Position numbers and translations under genes: made by a program
The notes under the pieces: generated by a model
What the model saw: the letters and a program-made list of their open reading frames with translations, nothing else
What the model was told of the DNA's origin: nothing
The model's database searches: none
In this document: in pieces, positions 38,508 through 52,262 of the stretch
Position numbering within the stretch: the stretch's first letter is position 1
How the letters are laid out: each line of letters starts with the position of its first letter
Source: Ramazzottius varieornatus
Lineage: Eukaryota; Animalia; Tardigrada
Assembly: GCA_001949185.1 (NCBI GenBank)
Contig: BDGG01000001.1
Location: forward strand, 1,484,263-1,548,262
DNA: 64,000 nt
Reading direction: 5' to 3'

Positions 38508-39480
38508 ATGATAAGGAAGTCTACGGCTTTGCTAATAACGTCGATCACAGTTATCATCCGCCACGTGTCTGGTGTCGTTGCCAATATCCTTTCGCTTCTG
38601 GATACTTTGCTTTACCGCGCTCTCCAAAAGTCTTCCAGTACCCTTCTCATTGCTCACGGGATCATTCTCGTTGACCTCGTTCTGTGCTCGGTCGTATCGC
38701 CAGCCATAAGGGCGGCGAAATTGTCTGGTCCGCAACGTCCTTCCGTTACTGCCCGCTACTGGACGATTTACCCTTTAGCTGTCTTGTCGACCTACAGTAT
38801 ACGGTTGAATGGTATTCTGCGTGTCTGCTTGCGGTACAAAGATCAACATCATCGCGCCACATCTTCATGATCGGCTGAAATCCAGACGGACAGCCGTGAC
38901 GACGATATCTGCGACGTGGGTCCTCAGTATTTTGCTGGTCATGTTTCCAGGTCTGGGACTGGGTGCGGGAGGTGTGCCAATCAGCCACAGCAGTTCTTGT
39001 ACAACTATGAATGCGTACAGAGGTTAGATAAGGCTCGGCGAAGCGAAAATAAGAAATTTCGCCGTTTTTCGCCGCGGCGAAAAATTTATTGCGTGTTCGG
39101 CTGATTGATTGATTCAAGATGCGTTCCCTTCGGCGTAAACGTTTTCGCCGCGGCGAAAAACGGCGTAAGTTCTTATTTTTACTTCGCCGAGTCTTATCTA
39201 CCTGGACAGCTAACCCACAACTTTTGTCGGCAACTTCTGCTCTTCGGCACGGTTCACATGGCTGAATCACAGTTTTCACCAAATAGGCCCGGTACGTAAA
39301 TGTACCTTTACTTGACGCATCAATGTTGCCGATCTAAGCGATCGATCAGTCAGCGTTTTTGGCCTCTTGTTTTGCGAGCAGTTCGCTGTACAGTCCACTC
39401 GCTCGAGATCTGTTACCTAATTTGACGGCTTCAAAACTGAAAGATCAGGAAAATCAACAAGCCTGCTCGCCATGCCGAAG
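38508..39480 (+). pseudogene. Decayed class A GPCR-like gene interrupted by a MITE
   Basis: TM-like fragments in shifting frames (VSGVVANILSLL; LLIAHGIILVDLVLCSVVSP; SRRTAVTTISATWVLSILLVMFPGLG), with stops and frameshifts. Confidence 0.55.
39025..39200. mobile_element. Palindromic MITE, TA-flanked, ~55-bp TIRs
   Basis: tagataaggctcggcgaagcgaaaataagaa...cgccgcggcgaaaa mirrors ttttcgccgcggcg...ttcttatttttacttcgccgagtcttatcta. Confidence 0.85.
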
Positions 39481-40383
39481 CTCAGCTACAAGGGCGTATT
39501 AATGGGGGGAGCAACTCTGCAATTGCGGGACTTTTCCGTTTTAGAAATTGTCGACCTGCAGTTTCTGAGAGCGAAATTTAAGAAAATTGCGGTACTGCAA
39601 TTTTAGAACGAGAGGTTTTGAGAAATTGCAGATGCGCAATTTTGAACATTTTTTGCGGAGGCTGGTCCAACCAATAGGCAATTTTCGAAGTTTCAAAATT
39701 CGGATAATTGGCAGGCCATGAACGCCAAATCTCAAAAGGAAGAACTAGTCGCCTTGATTTTCTTCTGACCGCACTGATGACTACAAAATTGATCCCAGGC
39801 TCAACTTCGATAGATAAGACTGTCCCCAATGATCCAGTTTTTTTCTAAGCGAATACCGTGCACGTGTCTCGCGCGAAGAGACAAAACAGCGAATTTAACC
39901 AGAACCACCCGAAACCGTAGAAAAAATTTCCAGCGTGCTGGGGTTTTGCTGACCGCTGGTCATTAGTGTTGCTTTGGTGGAAAAGACCGAGGTACATGCA
40001 AACAAAAAGACCCAGACCGGAAAGACCAAAAGCTAAACTGGGAGGTGAATAAGACTGAGTGATTGTATACACAAAGAGGACGGTCGTACGCAGAGCGTTA
40101 ATGTCCATCGGTGTACGGTATTTGTGTTAAATTCAACTAAGTGGGTGGCTTCGAACGGGTTTCCTTCTTCTTAGCAAGTCCCGGGTACTCGTACCACAAC
40201 CGTATGCTTATTCCGAATAAGTCCGCATTGGACTTCCTCGTCAAATCATCGGTTTAACGGCACGAATGAATATCATTACGAAATTGCCCCAGCAATTTCA
40301 AGAAATTCAGCGAAAATATATTGAGAATCTGCAATTTCCCGACTTTTCGACAAAATTAATTGCCGATCGACAATTTTGAGCAG

Positions 40384-40574
40384 TACTGTATTACCTCTAA
40401 GGTATCGCGCAGTCACGTGACAGATCAGAGAATTACACCCGGGGCCTCATATCATTGATTGTTTGATTGTGGCACAATGCTGCGCTTGGTTGGCCGGGAA
40501 TTTTTGATTAATGGCAGTGAAGTGTTTTATCCCCGCCTGTCACGTACTGGCGAAACCTTAGAGGTATTACAGCA
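40384..40574. mobile_element. MITE (TACTGTA-terminus family)
   Basis: ctgtattacctctaaggt...cacgtgacag pairs with ctgtcacgt...accttagaggtattacag. Confidence 0.75.
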
Positions 40575-41339
40575 TCCTTGGAAAAAATTCCGAATCTGTA
40601 CAATATTGCGATACCGTTCTGCAAACCTCAATACGCCGTTGCTAAGCTAGACGCATTCGACTTGATTACTTGATTACATCGGTCGACGCATGGTGCTATG
40701 TATATGCTGTGTGATTTTGCATGTTGGCTTGGCATGCGTTGTGGTGAATGTATGGCGGCCCAGAACTGAAGCCTTGAAATTAGGTAACAGATCTCGAACG
40801 AGTGGACTGTACAAGAATGGTATAATATGGTTCTATCGGAGCAAATGTCAGTTGCGGCGACCTCGGCGTCGAGTGGCTACGCTTTCCGGTGTGAGCCAAA
40901 GTTCGGTCTATCACGCCGACATAATAAAATTGCAGTGAACTCTTGACAACTTTCCTCTTTTACCCGTCTTATCGGCATACGATCAAGAACGAATACTCAA
41001 GGGGATTCTGAATCGCAGACTCATCAGAGCAATCTCGAGCTCCAGACAGCACGATCCTTTTCACAGGAGTTTTTTCTGACTGTTCCAATTTTTTAGTTTT
41101 TGCTGAGTTATGGCTTTGTGTCTGATCAATCGAATTCGTACGAATCTACTGGCGAAAACAGCTATTTGATTAACAAAGAATTGATTACTCTCAGGACCCT
41201 GCCGGTCGGACAATCGTACGACCGACAGGGTATGACGTAACTCGAGCTGCCTGCTGTGCGATCGGCAGCCACGCGGCTGGGTAACTAGGTAGGAAGGTAG
41301 AGGATCGTACAATGGTACAATCGCCAGGGTGGGTGGGTA

Positions 41340-41580
41340 GGTTGTTTGATCACTAGTGGTTGACCATTGATCTCGGTAGATTAACCACTGGTGGCTAGCC
41401 GTTGGTCTTGCTGTCTTGACCACTAGTGGTTAACCATTGGTCTTTCTAGGTTGAGCACTAGGGGCCGGCCATTGGTTTTGCTATGTTTGACCACCGATAC
41501 TAGCCATAGGCATTGATTGGTTGACCGCCCAGTCGCAGCTGGTTTATTGGCTCGTCCTTGTTGTCTATTGGTCAATGGTA
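41340..41580. repeat. Degenerate minisatellite built from ttgacca(c/t)t / ctagtggtt units
   Basis: Repeated ctagtggttgaccattg, ttaaccactgg, ttgaccactagtggttaaccattgg, ttgagcactag, ttgaccacc. Confidence 0.55.
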
Positions 41581-42709
41581 ACAGGTCTGGGGGGGTCCTC
41601 AGTTTACTGGAGTTGATTATATGACTGAAAGACGCTTTTCACTACGTCAGATGTGAACGAACCTTGGTTCCCAACCTTTGATCTTTCCCCCATAGGCTCC
41701 GGCTTGCCATAGTTTCCACAATTTAGGGGCTTCAGAATGCCTGAACAGCTTTCTACTATGGCTCAAGCGGTCTATGATTCATTCTAAAGCTCCGCTGAAA
41801 GGCCAGCCTTTTGGGCGGAGCTCTCGCAACATTAAACAAGATCACTCTGCCATTAGCTTCGAAACTGCAGGCCGTGTGCGTGCTTTACCGTATTTTTGCC
41901 TGCTCACTAGCTTCGTCCTCTCAGAATTACATATATATGTAGTAATCCTGAGAAGATGGCTCCATGTTTATCTAGGACACATAATTCATACTGTGATGCC
42001 TTGTGAAGCACGCGCGGTACGTACAAGTACAAGTAATGTATTGTATCCTCCGCCGGGGGGCGCGAAAAACTGACCGAACGGTCCGGACTTCTACTTCACT
42101 TGTACGATGACGTTACCGCGTGTGTTCCGCCAGGCAGTTCACTAGTTTCGAATGATCAATTTAGCCCGCTTCATGGTTTACAGCGTAGAAAACACGTTCC
42201 TTTTCTGGTTTTCCATTTAGATTTCGTTTGTGGTTTCCAGTTGAAAGTATGGTTTTGTGATCAGCAGTCCCAACTGAAAACAAGGAAACGACTACAAATA
42301 AAAAACCCGGAAGCGAGATACAGTATTTTTACATCATATAAAATCGATATTAAATTCACGCACACGCCACACGAGAGTGTAAAAGTACGAAATGTGCAAA
42401 ATAAAATAAACGTTCCGAATCTGCCTGCTCGATATTAAGATTTTCAGACTAGTAAAATCACCGTACCAGTGCATGAAACCAATTACGGTGGAGTTTTACT
42501 GTAGTCTTTCTTGAAGATCTCGCGGTATGTTATCATACGCATGAAACCGAAGTGTTGAACCCCAGTCCATGAAAATGTGCCGTGTAAACCGCCTGACGGT
42601 CTCGCGCGTATGGTCACGTCCGTGTCACATTCCTAAACCATTACAATAGTGCATTGCCAATGCGTGTCCTTCGGTCGATGACCAATTCACCACAAGCTTG
42701 TATCGTACC

Positions 42710-44469
42710 TCAAATGTTATGGTTAAATCTCCCCTGTATTGCAGTTAGCAAGGTGTCGGCCAGACGCGTTACATTTTGCAAACCCTCAGACAGCTTCATA
42801 ATGTCATCTTTCCGGGCGTAGTCTCTCGATCCTACGCGGTCATCGCTCGTTTGGAAGATGAGTATCGCGTACGTGATCAACATGCCGAACACCTAGGAGA
42901 ACACTGAACTTTATAGATAGTCGCATGTTAAATTTTAGAACACAAGTTCAGGATTTTAGCTTCACACACAAAATTTCGCCGTGTAGGTATCACTTGGAGC
43001 GCTTTGACAGTTTTACTCACCCCGAAGACGTATTCGACGTTGATAGCAGAAAAACCGGTGGCCGTAATCAGTCCCGCACCTTCTGTTTCTGCCGCCAATT
43101 TTTCGCATTCGTGATGGACAGAGGGACAAGTCAAGTCAGTTTCCATTTCATGCAGTACTTTCGTTACCTTCTTCACCTAAACAAACGGATCTCTGGCTAT
43201 TGACCTTTCGAAGAGCATTCAAAGGCTTCAACTATCCGCGACGCCCTTACGCAGGAGTGAAAGTAAATGCATGTGCCGATTCGCAAAGTGGCGTTTAGCA
43301 AGGTGATGACGGTAAAACCTTGATGCCATAATCGTTCCTTCTCAGACTTCTGTTGGTACTGTATGCTTTCCTCTGGGCTGAGAATTTTGCTGCTTTGCTG
43401 TAAGAAGAGGTCAAAAAATGGTCTTCAAGAAAAAGGTAGAGAACATTGCGTTCTGGGATCGCTCAGCTATGTATCGGAATACACGTCGGAAACCGTCCTT
43501 CTCTCAGCGCTTCGCAGGGATGCTTGAGATCTGCTACTGTAGCTGCAACCAGTAAAGAAACTTACTTGGAGCAAGACTGCGATGGTGGCTACCATAGCCA
43601 ACAGATCCCGAGTACAGTTAACGGTGATCAGTAGGCCAAAGGTGTCGTTAAAGCTAGAGTTCAAATTTTTCAACAGCTGAATGTCCTTCTTTGCCTTAGC
43701 CAGAACCACGATCTCCGAAATTTGCACCTCCACGGAATCGGTACCTGGAAGCCGAAGATCGTGCTCGGTTTTGCGGAATCCCGTAGCCAGATATAGTATC
43801 AACACGATGTAGAAGATCTGTGCGGTCCCATCAACAACGACACAAAGACCGTACACTCCATAGTTGAATAGCACTAAAGCCCACCCCGGCACTGTACCAA
43901 TTATCACGATATGGAAATTCCAGGCAGTGAAGGTGCCCAGATCAATCAGCCAGGGCCAATGGTATCGCACGATGAATATTGTATGCAGAAGAAAGCCGCC
44001 AGAAACCCAAACAAGTGCTAACAACGTGATGCGCTTCTCTGTGCGTTGCCGTTCGTTTCTGGTTAGGACTTGCGCCATTGTGACGGCGAACTTGTGTAAC
44101 AGATTGACAATTCGGCTATTGAAGCACAGGAAGATCAAATAAACTATCGGTATCTGAATGCATACGGAGACATTATTGATCAACTTGGCCAGCACGAAAA
44201 AGTCCGAAGAAGCGATCTCTGACAAAAAGAACACGATGTAGTCCGCAAGACCCAGTAACACTACTGTCATTACCATCAACGCCACACCGTAGCGGTAGAT
44301 TCGACGCAGGCAGCCGAGTTTTGAAGAGAACAGAACTTCCGTAGGAGAATAATACAGGCCAATTAGCCACAAAAGTTTCAGGAACTTGTCGACTGATCGG
44401 TGTCGGTTCATAACAACAAGGTCGGGTGTTGTTTTCGTCGCCATCGGAGAAAATTTCATCTTGCTCATA
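42710..44469 (-). CDS. Gustatory receptor-like (7TM chemoreceptor ion channel superfamily), copy 1; 4 exons (~44469-43566, 43397-43251, 43176-43021, 42892-42710)
   Basis: Multiple TM segments; FNDTFGLLI motif; three phase-0 introns at the 3' end; TM7 signature TYAILIFQ (TYhhhhhQ). Confidence 0.85.
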
Positions 44470-45621
44470 TTAGATTGAATCGCTCTGTGGAACATTACTG
44501 AAATGAGTGGGCCTTATACATATAACATAGCTAGTTACAGTCTATGTTGAGCAAACTATCGAAAATCTGCTGCATGTTCTAGTACTCGGAACCGGATACC
44601 GTGAAAGCACTCCAGGGAGATAAACCCCCCGAAAAGCTAAGGTAAATAAAACGAATTGGCCTAGCCTACGGGGATTTTCAACGGAATCTGAAGTACGGTG
44701 AGCGGTTAGTAGGTGCACAGGATCAGTGGAGTTACGCCAGTTTTCGTACTGAGCAAGCCAACCAAGCTCTGTTTCATCTACCGATGGGTGGTACTTTTAG
44801 CCTCCTGGCCGACCCATGCAACATTTTTTATGAATTCTTTTACGACCATAGTTCTTAGTTCGCGAGGCGGGTCAACTTGGCCGTTTAAGAAGGTTAAGAT
44901 CAGCTCTTGATCATCCTGCTACGGGGGAAGATCAACTGATAGGATCTCTGATCCTCAGTATGTACGATCCTCCACAGAGTCGTACGCGTGAATCCGTTCC
45001 GGGTAGTGAGCACGCGGCAGACCGACCAATCAACGGTCAGCTGTCAATCAGTTGAGCATGAATGTGCAGTATCACACACGGTTAGCCCAGCGTGTCATTG
45101 ATTACCTGATCATGTACTCGTGGCGCAAATCTGTTTGACTTATTGACAGCTGACCGGTAGATGGAACAGAGCTTAGTGAATTAATCATAATACTCCACGA
45201 AACTTGCAATCTCCCAAGTTACAGAGCGAGCCGCAGGCGAGATTTTTCTTGTACAGGTATAGCATATGATACATTGTGTAAAGTGGGTTACTCGAACACA
45301 AGCTGAGCACCGGCTGAATAAATGAAAGATATACGGACGTCAGATGTAAAGATGAAACAGAAGACAGCATAGAGGATTTAAGAGTAAGATAGTGAAAACG
45401 TTCAAATGAAAATGGTTTGCAAGGACTTCATATCCACGACGATGGACGAAATCATCCCAGCCAGATCTCTGGTTCGTCAGACGAAAAAGGCTGATTTTTC
45501 AATAACAATTTCTACTTGGATTAAAAGCTCATTTCGTGCCAATTCATGGCCGTTTTTGATCAACATCTTGCCAAAATCAGACAACAAGCAAATTAAACGC
45601 TGATTTCAAGCCTACGAGGGG

Positions 45622-45715
45622 NNNNNNNNNNNNNNNNNNNNNNNNNNNNNNNNNNNNNNNNNNNNNNNNNNNNNNNNNNNNNNNNNNNNNNNNNNNNNNN
45701 NNNNNNNNNNNNNNN
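45622..45715. other. Assembly gap (94 N)
   Basis: Run of n. Confidence 1.
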
Positions 45716-46240
45716 GACTGATGCCCAGTGAACTGCGCTGATGCCCATGTTCCGCCCAGATTCTGACGTCTTTTCCGCTTCCTGCTGTGTCTTCCAGGAT
45801 TTTTTTCTGCCAGCCTAGTCTATCCCAGTCGATAGAGAAAACTCTCTTCTACCTTTCTGCCGTTTCAGTTTGTGAAATAAGACTGGATCGTTGGCAAAAT
45901 CCCCTCGTTAGTTTGATCAGATTTCGTGTGTAAGATTTGTGAGTGAAAAACTTTAGAGCAGGAGCCAAGAATTCGGCTGGGCTGGAACTCGACAATAAGG
46001 AATGGCTCTTCCGGTTTTCCGTCGACTAGGGTTGGAAGTTCCTCCTCTAGTATACTATGTATTGATACTATAGCATACTACGTTCTTTCGTTGAATGCCG
46101 ATTCCAGGACGGAGTCGTAAGGTTTCAAAGACCCCTCGCCGGCTCGCCCCGCAGACATACCGTTTGTGAAGGTACAGAACGCTCATATAGTAACAAGACT
46201 GTGTGGTGTGAGATGGTTGTGTTTCCAAGGAAGTTGAAAC

Positions 46241-48732
46241 TTAAGTCGCCAGATCATGATTATAGCATTTGGCCGCCAAAACCAATTCGATTTGCGCTGT
46301 TATATTCTTCACATTCTGTAAGATCAGATTAATATCCTCTTTTCTGGCGTAGTCTCTCGACAAAACACGGCTATCTCTTGTCTGGAAAATCAGGATTGCG
46401 TAGGTGATCAGCATGCCGAGCACCTGAAACGAGAAAGTCCCCTTTGCACAACCGAGCTCGCTGGTACCAAAACAAGTTTCGAGTAAATTCATACTACATT
46501 AGGACATGAACGTGTCTACTCACACTGAATAGATATTCGACGTTTATCACGGAAAACCCGGTGGCCGAGACTAGTCCGGCACCCTCAGTTTTCCCCGCCA
46601 GCTTTTCACATTCATGTTGTAGAACAAGACACGAAGTTTTCGCTGCCATACAGCAGATCTCCCTCCTTAAACTTCGCTCCTGAAATAAAAAGTAGTACAC
46701 TTACAGTCACCGTCAAATTTTATCGGCACACCATGGTCTTGATTTTCTTTCTCGTATCTCGTGATCCCCTTGTCTGTTTTCAATGATTTCAAAACCATCT
46801 TATAGCAGTTAGCGTAGACCTTTTGATAACGTAAAAGACGGGTCAATTCTTCAATGGCTCAACCGGTACGTCCCGACAAGGAAGTGAGGGTTATCTTTAG
46901 TTCGCGCTCACTCGTCTCGTGCCAGGTACGTGCAGAAGCCTGAGAGGCCAGAATGTAGCAAAAATGGACCGCAAAAAGCAATCTCCAGGAAAACTTTTGT
47001 ACAAAACTTTTTCGAATAAATAAAGTTGGTTTTCTCTCTTCTCACTGATTTCTGAGCTTTTCTGCGAAGCATACTTGTGTCAAAGGGATCGGACGAACAA
47101 GACGGAAGATGCTCACGGTCAAATTGGTTCATCCATGATCCATAATGGATTTGCACAAAGTAGACTAAGGATCACAAACGGCAAACTATTGTCTGGATCA
47201 TATTGTGGCATTTTAGCCGTCTAGGCGTTGTCACGTGACAAAAGACCGTGACCAAGAAATGGCACTCATTTCTTTGTTCGAGCCAGCAAAACGCACCGGT
47301 TGATCAAATCGAAAATTGGCCTGCCTGTCATCTCTACTAATTAGGAGAAGACAGACGATGCATCGTCTTTGCCAAATTGGGAGGGGAGAGGAGCCAGTCT
47401 TCACGAGATATGAATTTTTGAACTATGGGTAGAAAAAACCGAAATTTCATACGTGCGGACCTGATAGGTCCCTGAAAACAGACAACGGGTTCCGGAGATA
47501 CGAGGATGCGAATGAAGACACTGGGGTGGTGGTGAAGTACTGTATGACGTACGGTGACCATACATTTTCTGGGAATCGCTCTGGGTTACGAACACTGTTA
47601 AGTCACAATACTTACACACGAGTGACAGTAAATACAGGCCCCAATCCGCACGGCAGCGTGAGTTATTGTAAGGACTGTAAACCCATAATACCACAGGGAT
47701 TCGTTTGATGTGTGCTTCTTCTGCAGCAGTTCTTCGGGACCTGGTACCCGGTCACCTTGCTGTAACCAAAGAACGTTCAAGATATTCCTGTTCCGGAAAC
47801 AACATTGCAAATCAACCTTTCGCTTAACTAGCCTTTAGCAGTAAAGCGGTCGTGGCCACCACCGCGACGAGGTCACGGATGCAATTAATAGTTATCAAAA
47901 GGCCGAATGTATCGTTGAAATTAGAGGTCAAGTTTCTCAGCAGTTGAAGGTGTTTCGCAAACTCCTTCAGGCTTTCCAGAGATTCCGCTGAGTTTTGATG
48001 GTCCATCGCCCGAACATGGTTTGTGATCTTTCGGAAGCCAATGGCCAAGTACAATATCAGACCAATGTAAAAGATCTGCGCCGCTCCGTCGGCATTAACG
48101 CATAAAGAGTATACTGTCTGATTGAAAAGCGCTACTGCCCAGCCGGGTACACCTTTGAATATCACAAGCTGATGGTCGCGGTCTGTTAAACCATCTAAAC
48201 TACCAATCAACGGCCAATGATACCACACGCTAAGAGCACTGAAAGCCAGGAAACATCCTAAAATCCAGACGAACCCCATCGTTGTGATGCGCTTCTCCGT
48301 AATTCGACGTTCATTCAAAGTCAAAAGATGCCCCATAGTCGCCGGAAAGTCCTCCAGCAGTTTGCTTATCCGATCGTGCAAACAATGAAAGATCAAGTAG
48401 ATTATCGGAATTTGGAAACAGATCGAGACGTTATCGACTAACTCGGCCAGGATGAAAAAGTCCAGAGTAGATATTGATTCGAGGTACGATAAGACGTAGT
48501 CGGCGAGACCGGCGAACGCCACCATCGCCACCACCAGAGCCATCGTATAGCTGTAAGCTCGTCGTAAGCCGCATTTCTTACGTGACGCCATTTCGGTTGG
48601 CGAGTAGTAAAGTCCAGATATCCACAAGTATGTCAAGAACTTCTCAAACATCTTGTGACGGTTAACAGTAAAGACCAGGTCTGATCGGACTTTCTTTGTC
48701 ATAGCAGGTGGCTTCATCGTACAATACTTCAA
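46241..48732 (-). CDS. Gustatory receptor-like, copy 2 (tandem paralogue); exons ~48732-47833, 47759-47616, 46679-46524, 46423-46241 (start codon uncertain)
   Basis: Colinear with copy 1 (GLADY, NFNDTFGLLIT.NC.RDL, HECEKLA..TEGAGL..ATGFS, TYAILIFQT). Intron 1 would need a GC donor. Confidence 0.8.
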
Positions 48733-51700
48733 TCAAATCAAAAACTCTGCGGAGACCTCCAGAAGCTCTGAAAGCCTAAATCGTTGTCGGAAAACATATA
48801 AGAAAGTTCATTATTGATCTGGTTAGGAACCCGGTTGACGCTGGCGCAGTGTTAGTTTAGGGGAGTACCACTGCCCCTACGGGTGATACTCAGTCCGGGA
48901 AGAGGCCGACGCGTGTCACTGTACTATAAGTGCGTGTGGGATGGTTTGTGTACCTGCGTGTTGTTGGTCCACCGAAGTGTGCGGGATCGCGGAGTCCCAA
49001 GTTGACGCTAAAGTATTCCACATAGGGTTAGTAAGTTGGCAGAAAACAGAGAAGTCTCTGGGGAATTGCAATGCTCCTCATCATTGCCCCCTCTTAGCCT
49101 ATCCGGAGTGTGCAAACATACGGCCAGGGTTTTGTAAAATAACTTTTACGAGCGCTTCTTCGATCCGGCTTCTTCGCCGTGATCCCAAATTTATGTTTCG
49201 GCGGGCTACCTCTGCTCAGCAAATGTTGACTGAGAAGCACTTGGTTGTAAAGTCGAGTCAAAATAGAAGAAGAGCCGGCTCTAAAGCGTGCTACCGGGCG
49301 AGTCGTATCGTACGAATTTGTAGAAGCTGAGGTCAAACGTTTAACAACAGGAAGAGTTAAGGTCCAGCTTTTGAAACTGTCGTACTGTAAAGACACAAAT
49401 CGAAAACAGATTGTAAAGACGTAACGTCACAGGTTCGAAAAACCGGTGCTAACGCCACAGGGGCCCTATCGCTTCGGTAACAGTCAGCCCAGCATTTCGC
49501 GGTTCATAGGAGTGTTGGTAAGGTTTAGGACGAACCCTGATTTCAGGCTTTTTCTTTTGATGGACGCAAGTTACAATGATGTCATTTTGCTTTTGAAAGT
49601 TGGTTTTCCCGTTGGTGCTCTCTGTCAGTCATGGAGCAGATCGTGAAGAAGAAGTTTGGTTTTGGTGTGGACTGGGTTAAAGCGAAAGCGGGTGACGGCC
49701 GGAGTCGAGTGGGGATTGACTGGGACGCTCGAGGTGGAGAAGAAGGATGCGCTGACGATTGACGATGTTGTCGAAGCGTATCCTAATGACATGATGACTG
49801 GTGTACTGGATTGGTATATGTTTCTCAATTTTGATCCTTCCATGAAATCTCATTCGGACTATGAAGGTACCGGTTGTTGGCCTTTTCCGGTGGCTGGTGG
49901 TGATTGGCTCAAATATGTTCTTATAACACTACCAAAACACTCCGACTGTACTGCAGAGAAAATTCCGGCTGCTGTCGTCGTCACGCTCCAGCAAACAACT
50001 ACAACTAAAATAACTCCATCCGTACCATGAGGCGTCAGATTTTGGAGTACTTTCCGATGCAACACAGAAATAACCAATTACCTTCTGGCCCGGCTCCCAG
50101 AAACAAGATTAGAACATCACGGATGCTGCATGTGTTCTTCTTTTTAAATTCTAACCACTTTAGCAATTAAATTTGTTTGCGTATTATACGTTACCTGTGA
50201 TGGATGCTGGACTTCAGAGATTAGTGAAATTTTTACTTGTGGCTCGCTGTTTTATAAATTTCACTTCACCGGAAACCTAAACTTTCTAGGCCTTGACACC
50301 TACTGCTTTATTTTACAATTTAGTTTTCACCTTGCCGTACAACTATCTACAAGCTGGTCGGTCGCCTTTGGCTCGCTCGCAGCTTGCTGTGAGTGGGTAC
50401 CGTGGGTCCTGAATCTTATTTTAAATAGAAATTGGTTCGTTGTTTCAGCTGGTACTGTAGGAAGGGATGGTTACGTTCTGCTGCACTTCTGCAGGTCAAA
50501 TAAGACGAAATTAAAATCCTTGCGATTGCGAAGATGAATCAAACAAACGACAACTAATTGATTTTGAAAATCATGGTTTATAAAAGCATCTGCTGAAACC
50601 TTTGAGAGGTTGCAAAGCTCGTGGGAGCTTGAGAAAAACGATGAAATGAAGCACTAAAGCTGGCCATGATAGTTTCGCTGGCAGTAATTATCCCTCCAAT
50701 CTAAAACCGAGCCGGGGCAAATGCACTTCTGATTGGCTGACTGTTCGGAGTGAAAAACAATCTGAAAACAAGTAAGAAAATGGAAATGTGAGGACAGATT
50801 CCTCTTCCGATTTGGTTATCATCAGGGCGCTCGGAAAAAATCGAAATTCCCAGGGCTTTTTTTCACTCTACTCCCAACGGCCTGCCTATTCTCGAAAGTT
50901 CGGAATTTCGGAGCTTGCCTATTGTTGGGCCCGCTTCTTCCAGGGCCTTGGTCAATCAAAATCCTGTACTCTCGAAGCGAACGGTAGCATTTTGCGAATA
51001 CGAAAAGCTTCGTGCTGTAATTGTTAAACAACACGAGATCGTAAGAGTGAGTGGACCGGAGGCTACCATGTATGCCCTCCAAAGTTCTGTGCAGTCACAT
51101 GGCAGGCTCATAAATCAGGTCCCGGGTGGTGATGATTCACAGGTCCTGGGGATTATTCATGGGCTAAATACCAATACCAAAACACCAATTTTCAGACCAA
51201 TATCTTTCGAACCTAGGCAACTGGTCAAGAGTATATTCAAACGGCTCTCATACGCCAGAAAATGGACCAGAAAAAATCAGAAAAAGATCATATCGAATTT
51301 CAAGGCGATAAAAACTGATTTTGGTAACCACTAATTATTTTCCGTAGTTGTGTGCAAGATTTTAGGCGATTTGGATCAGTAGTTTTCGCTTGAAAAGATG
51401 GACAAGAAAACAAGTACTTAGTCATAGTTATTAATTAGATTAGACAGTTTTGAGCCAAACTTCTATATTCGACTGCTATAAACTTCATGCAACGAAAGAA
51501 ACGCGAATCTCAACACCTTGAACAAAGAAAAGTAAAAACTAAAATGTTATAAGCATGGAAACGGATGAGACTAGCGAGGTGTTAGATGTTTGTCACGGCG
51601 GAGAGGACCAGGAACTCAGCCGACCCTTCCGACTAAGTGTTACAGTAGTTATGGTTGCGAGACCATGAACTTAATCAGTTAGGTCGAACAAGGTGTTGAG

Positions 51701-52262
51701 GTGTTGGTTATGGACGAGTTGTGGGTGCACTCCCGCAACAATTCCTGTAATAGAAAAAACAGTTCAGTTTCACCTAAAGTCAGGCTTCGCGAGTTCATCT
51801 TAATCTGTGTCTTCAAAGGTTCGTAGGCGGCGGTGGCTGCGGACCCATGGCAGTAATGTGCATCTCCGCGTCGAGATATAACTTGCAAAGTGTTTTTATC
51901 GCTACGCCGAGACATATCGTCCGTATGCGCTATGCAGTAGGCAGTGCCCTAAAATAAACTTGAATTGCAGGTTTAGTAGCGGCAATATCTAAGTCATACG
52001 CCAAGAGCATGTTGCACTTGGTCTTTGTGTAGGCAAAAGTCAGTTGGCTGACAACGTGCTTCAGTGTCGTATGTACGAGTAACGATAAAGCTAAGTCTAC
52101 ATCGTTGAATGTTTCCGTCGACAGACATATCGATCATCAATAGCCGGCTGTACCGTTATACAGCAAAAGCAAAGTCTGGTGGACTTGAACGTCTGGTTAC
52201 TCCAATCACTGCAGTCCGACTTTGCCTTTCTCAGTTTTGCTTCCATCCTATAAATCGGGACA

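Noticed and set aside
45613-45910. Possible mariner-like element (tacgagggg...cccctcgtta) spanning the gap
   Set aside because: Only ~9 bp of TIR is visible before the N run.
49560-50030. Possible C-type-lectin-like remnant (WTGL...GTGC)
   Set aside because: Too few diagnostic residues and no valid start; cannot be supported.
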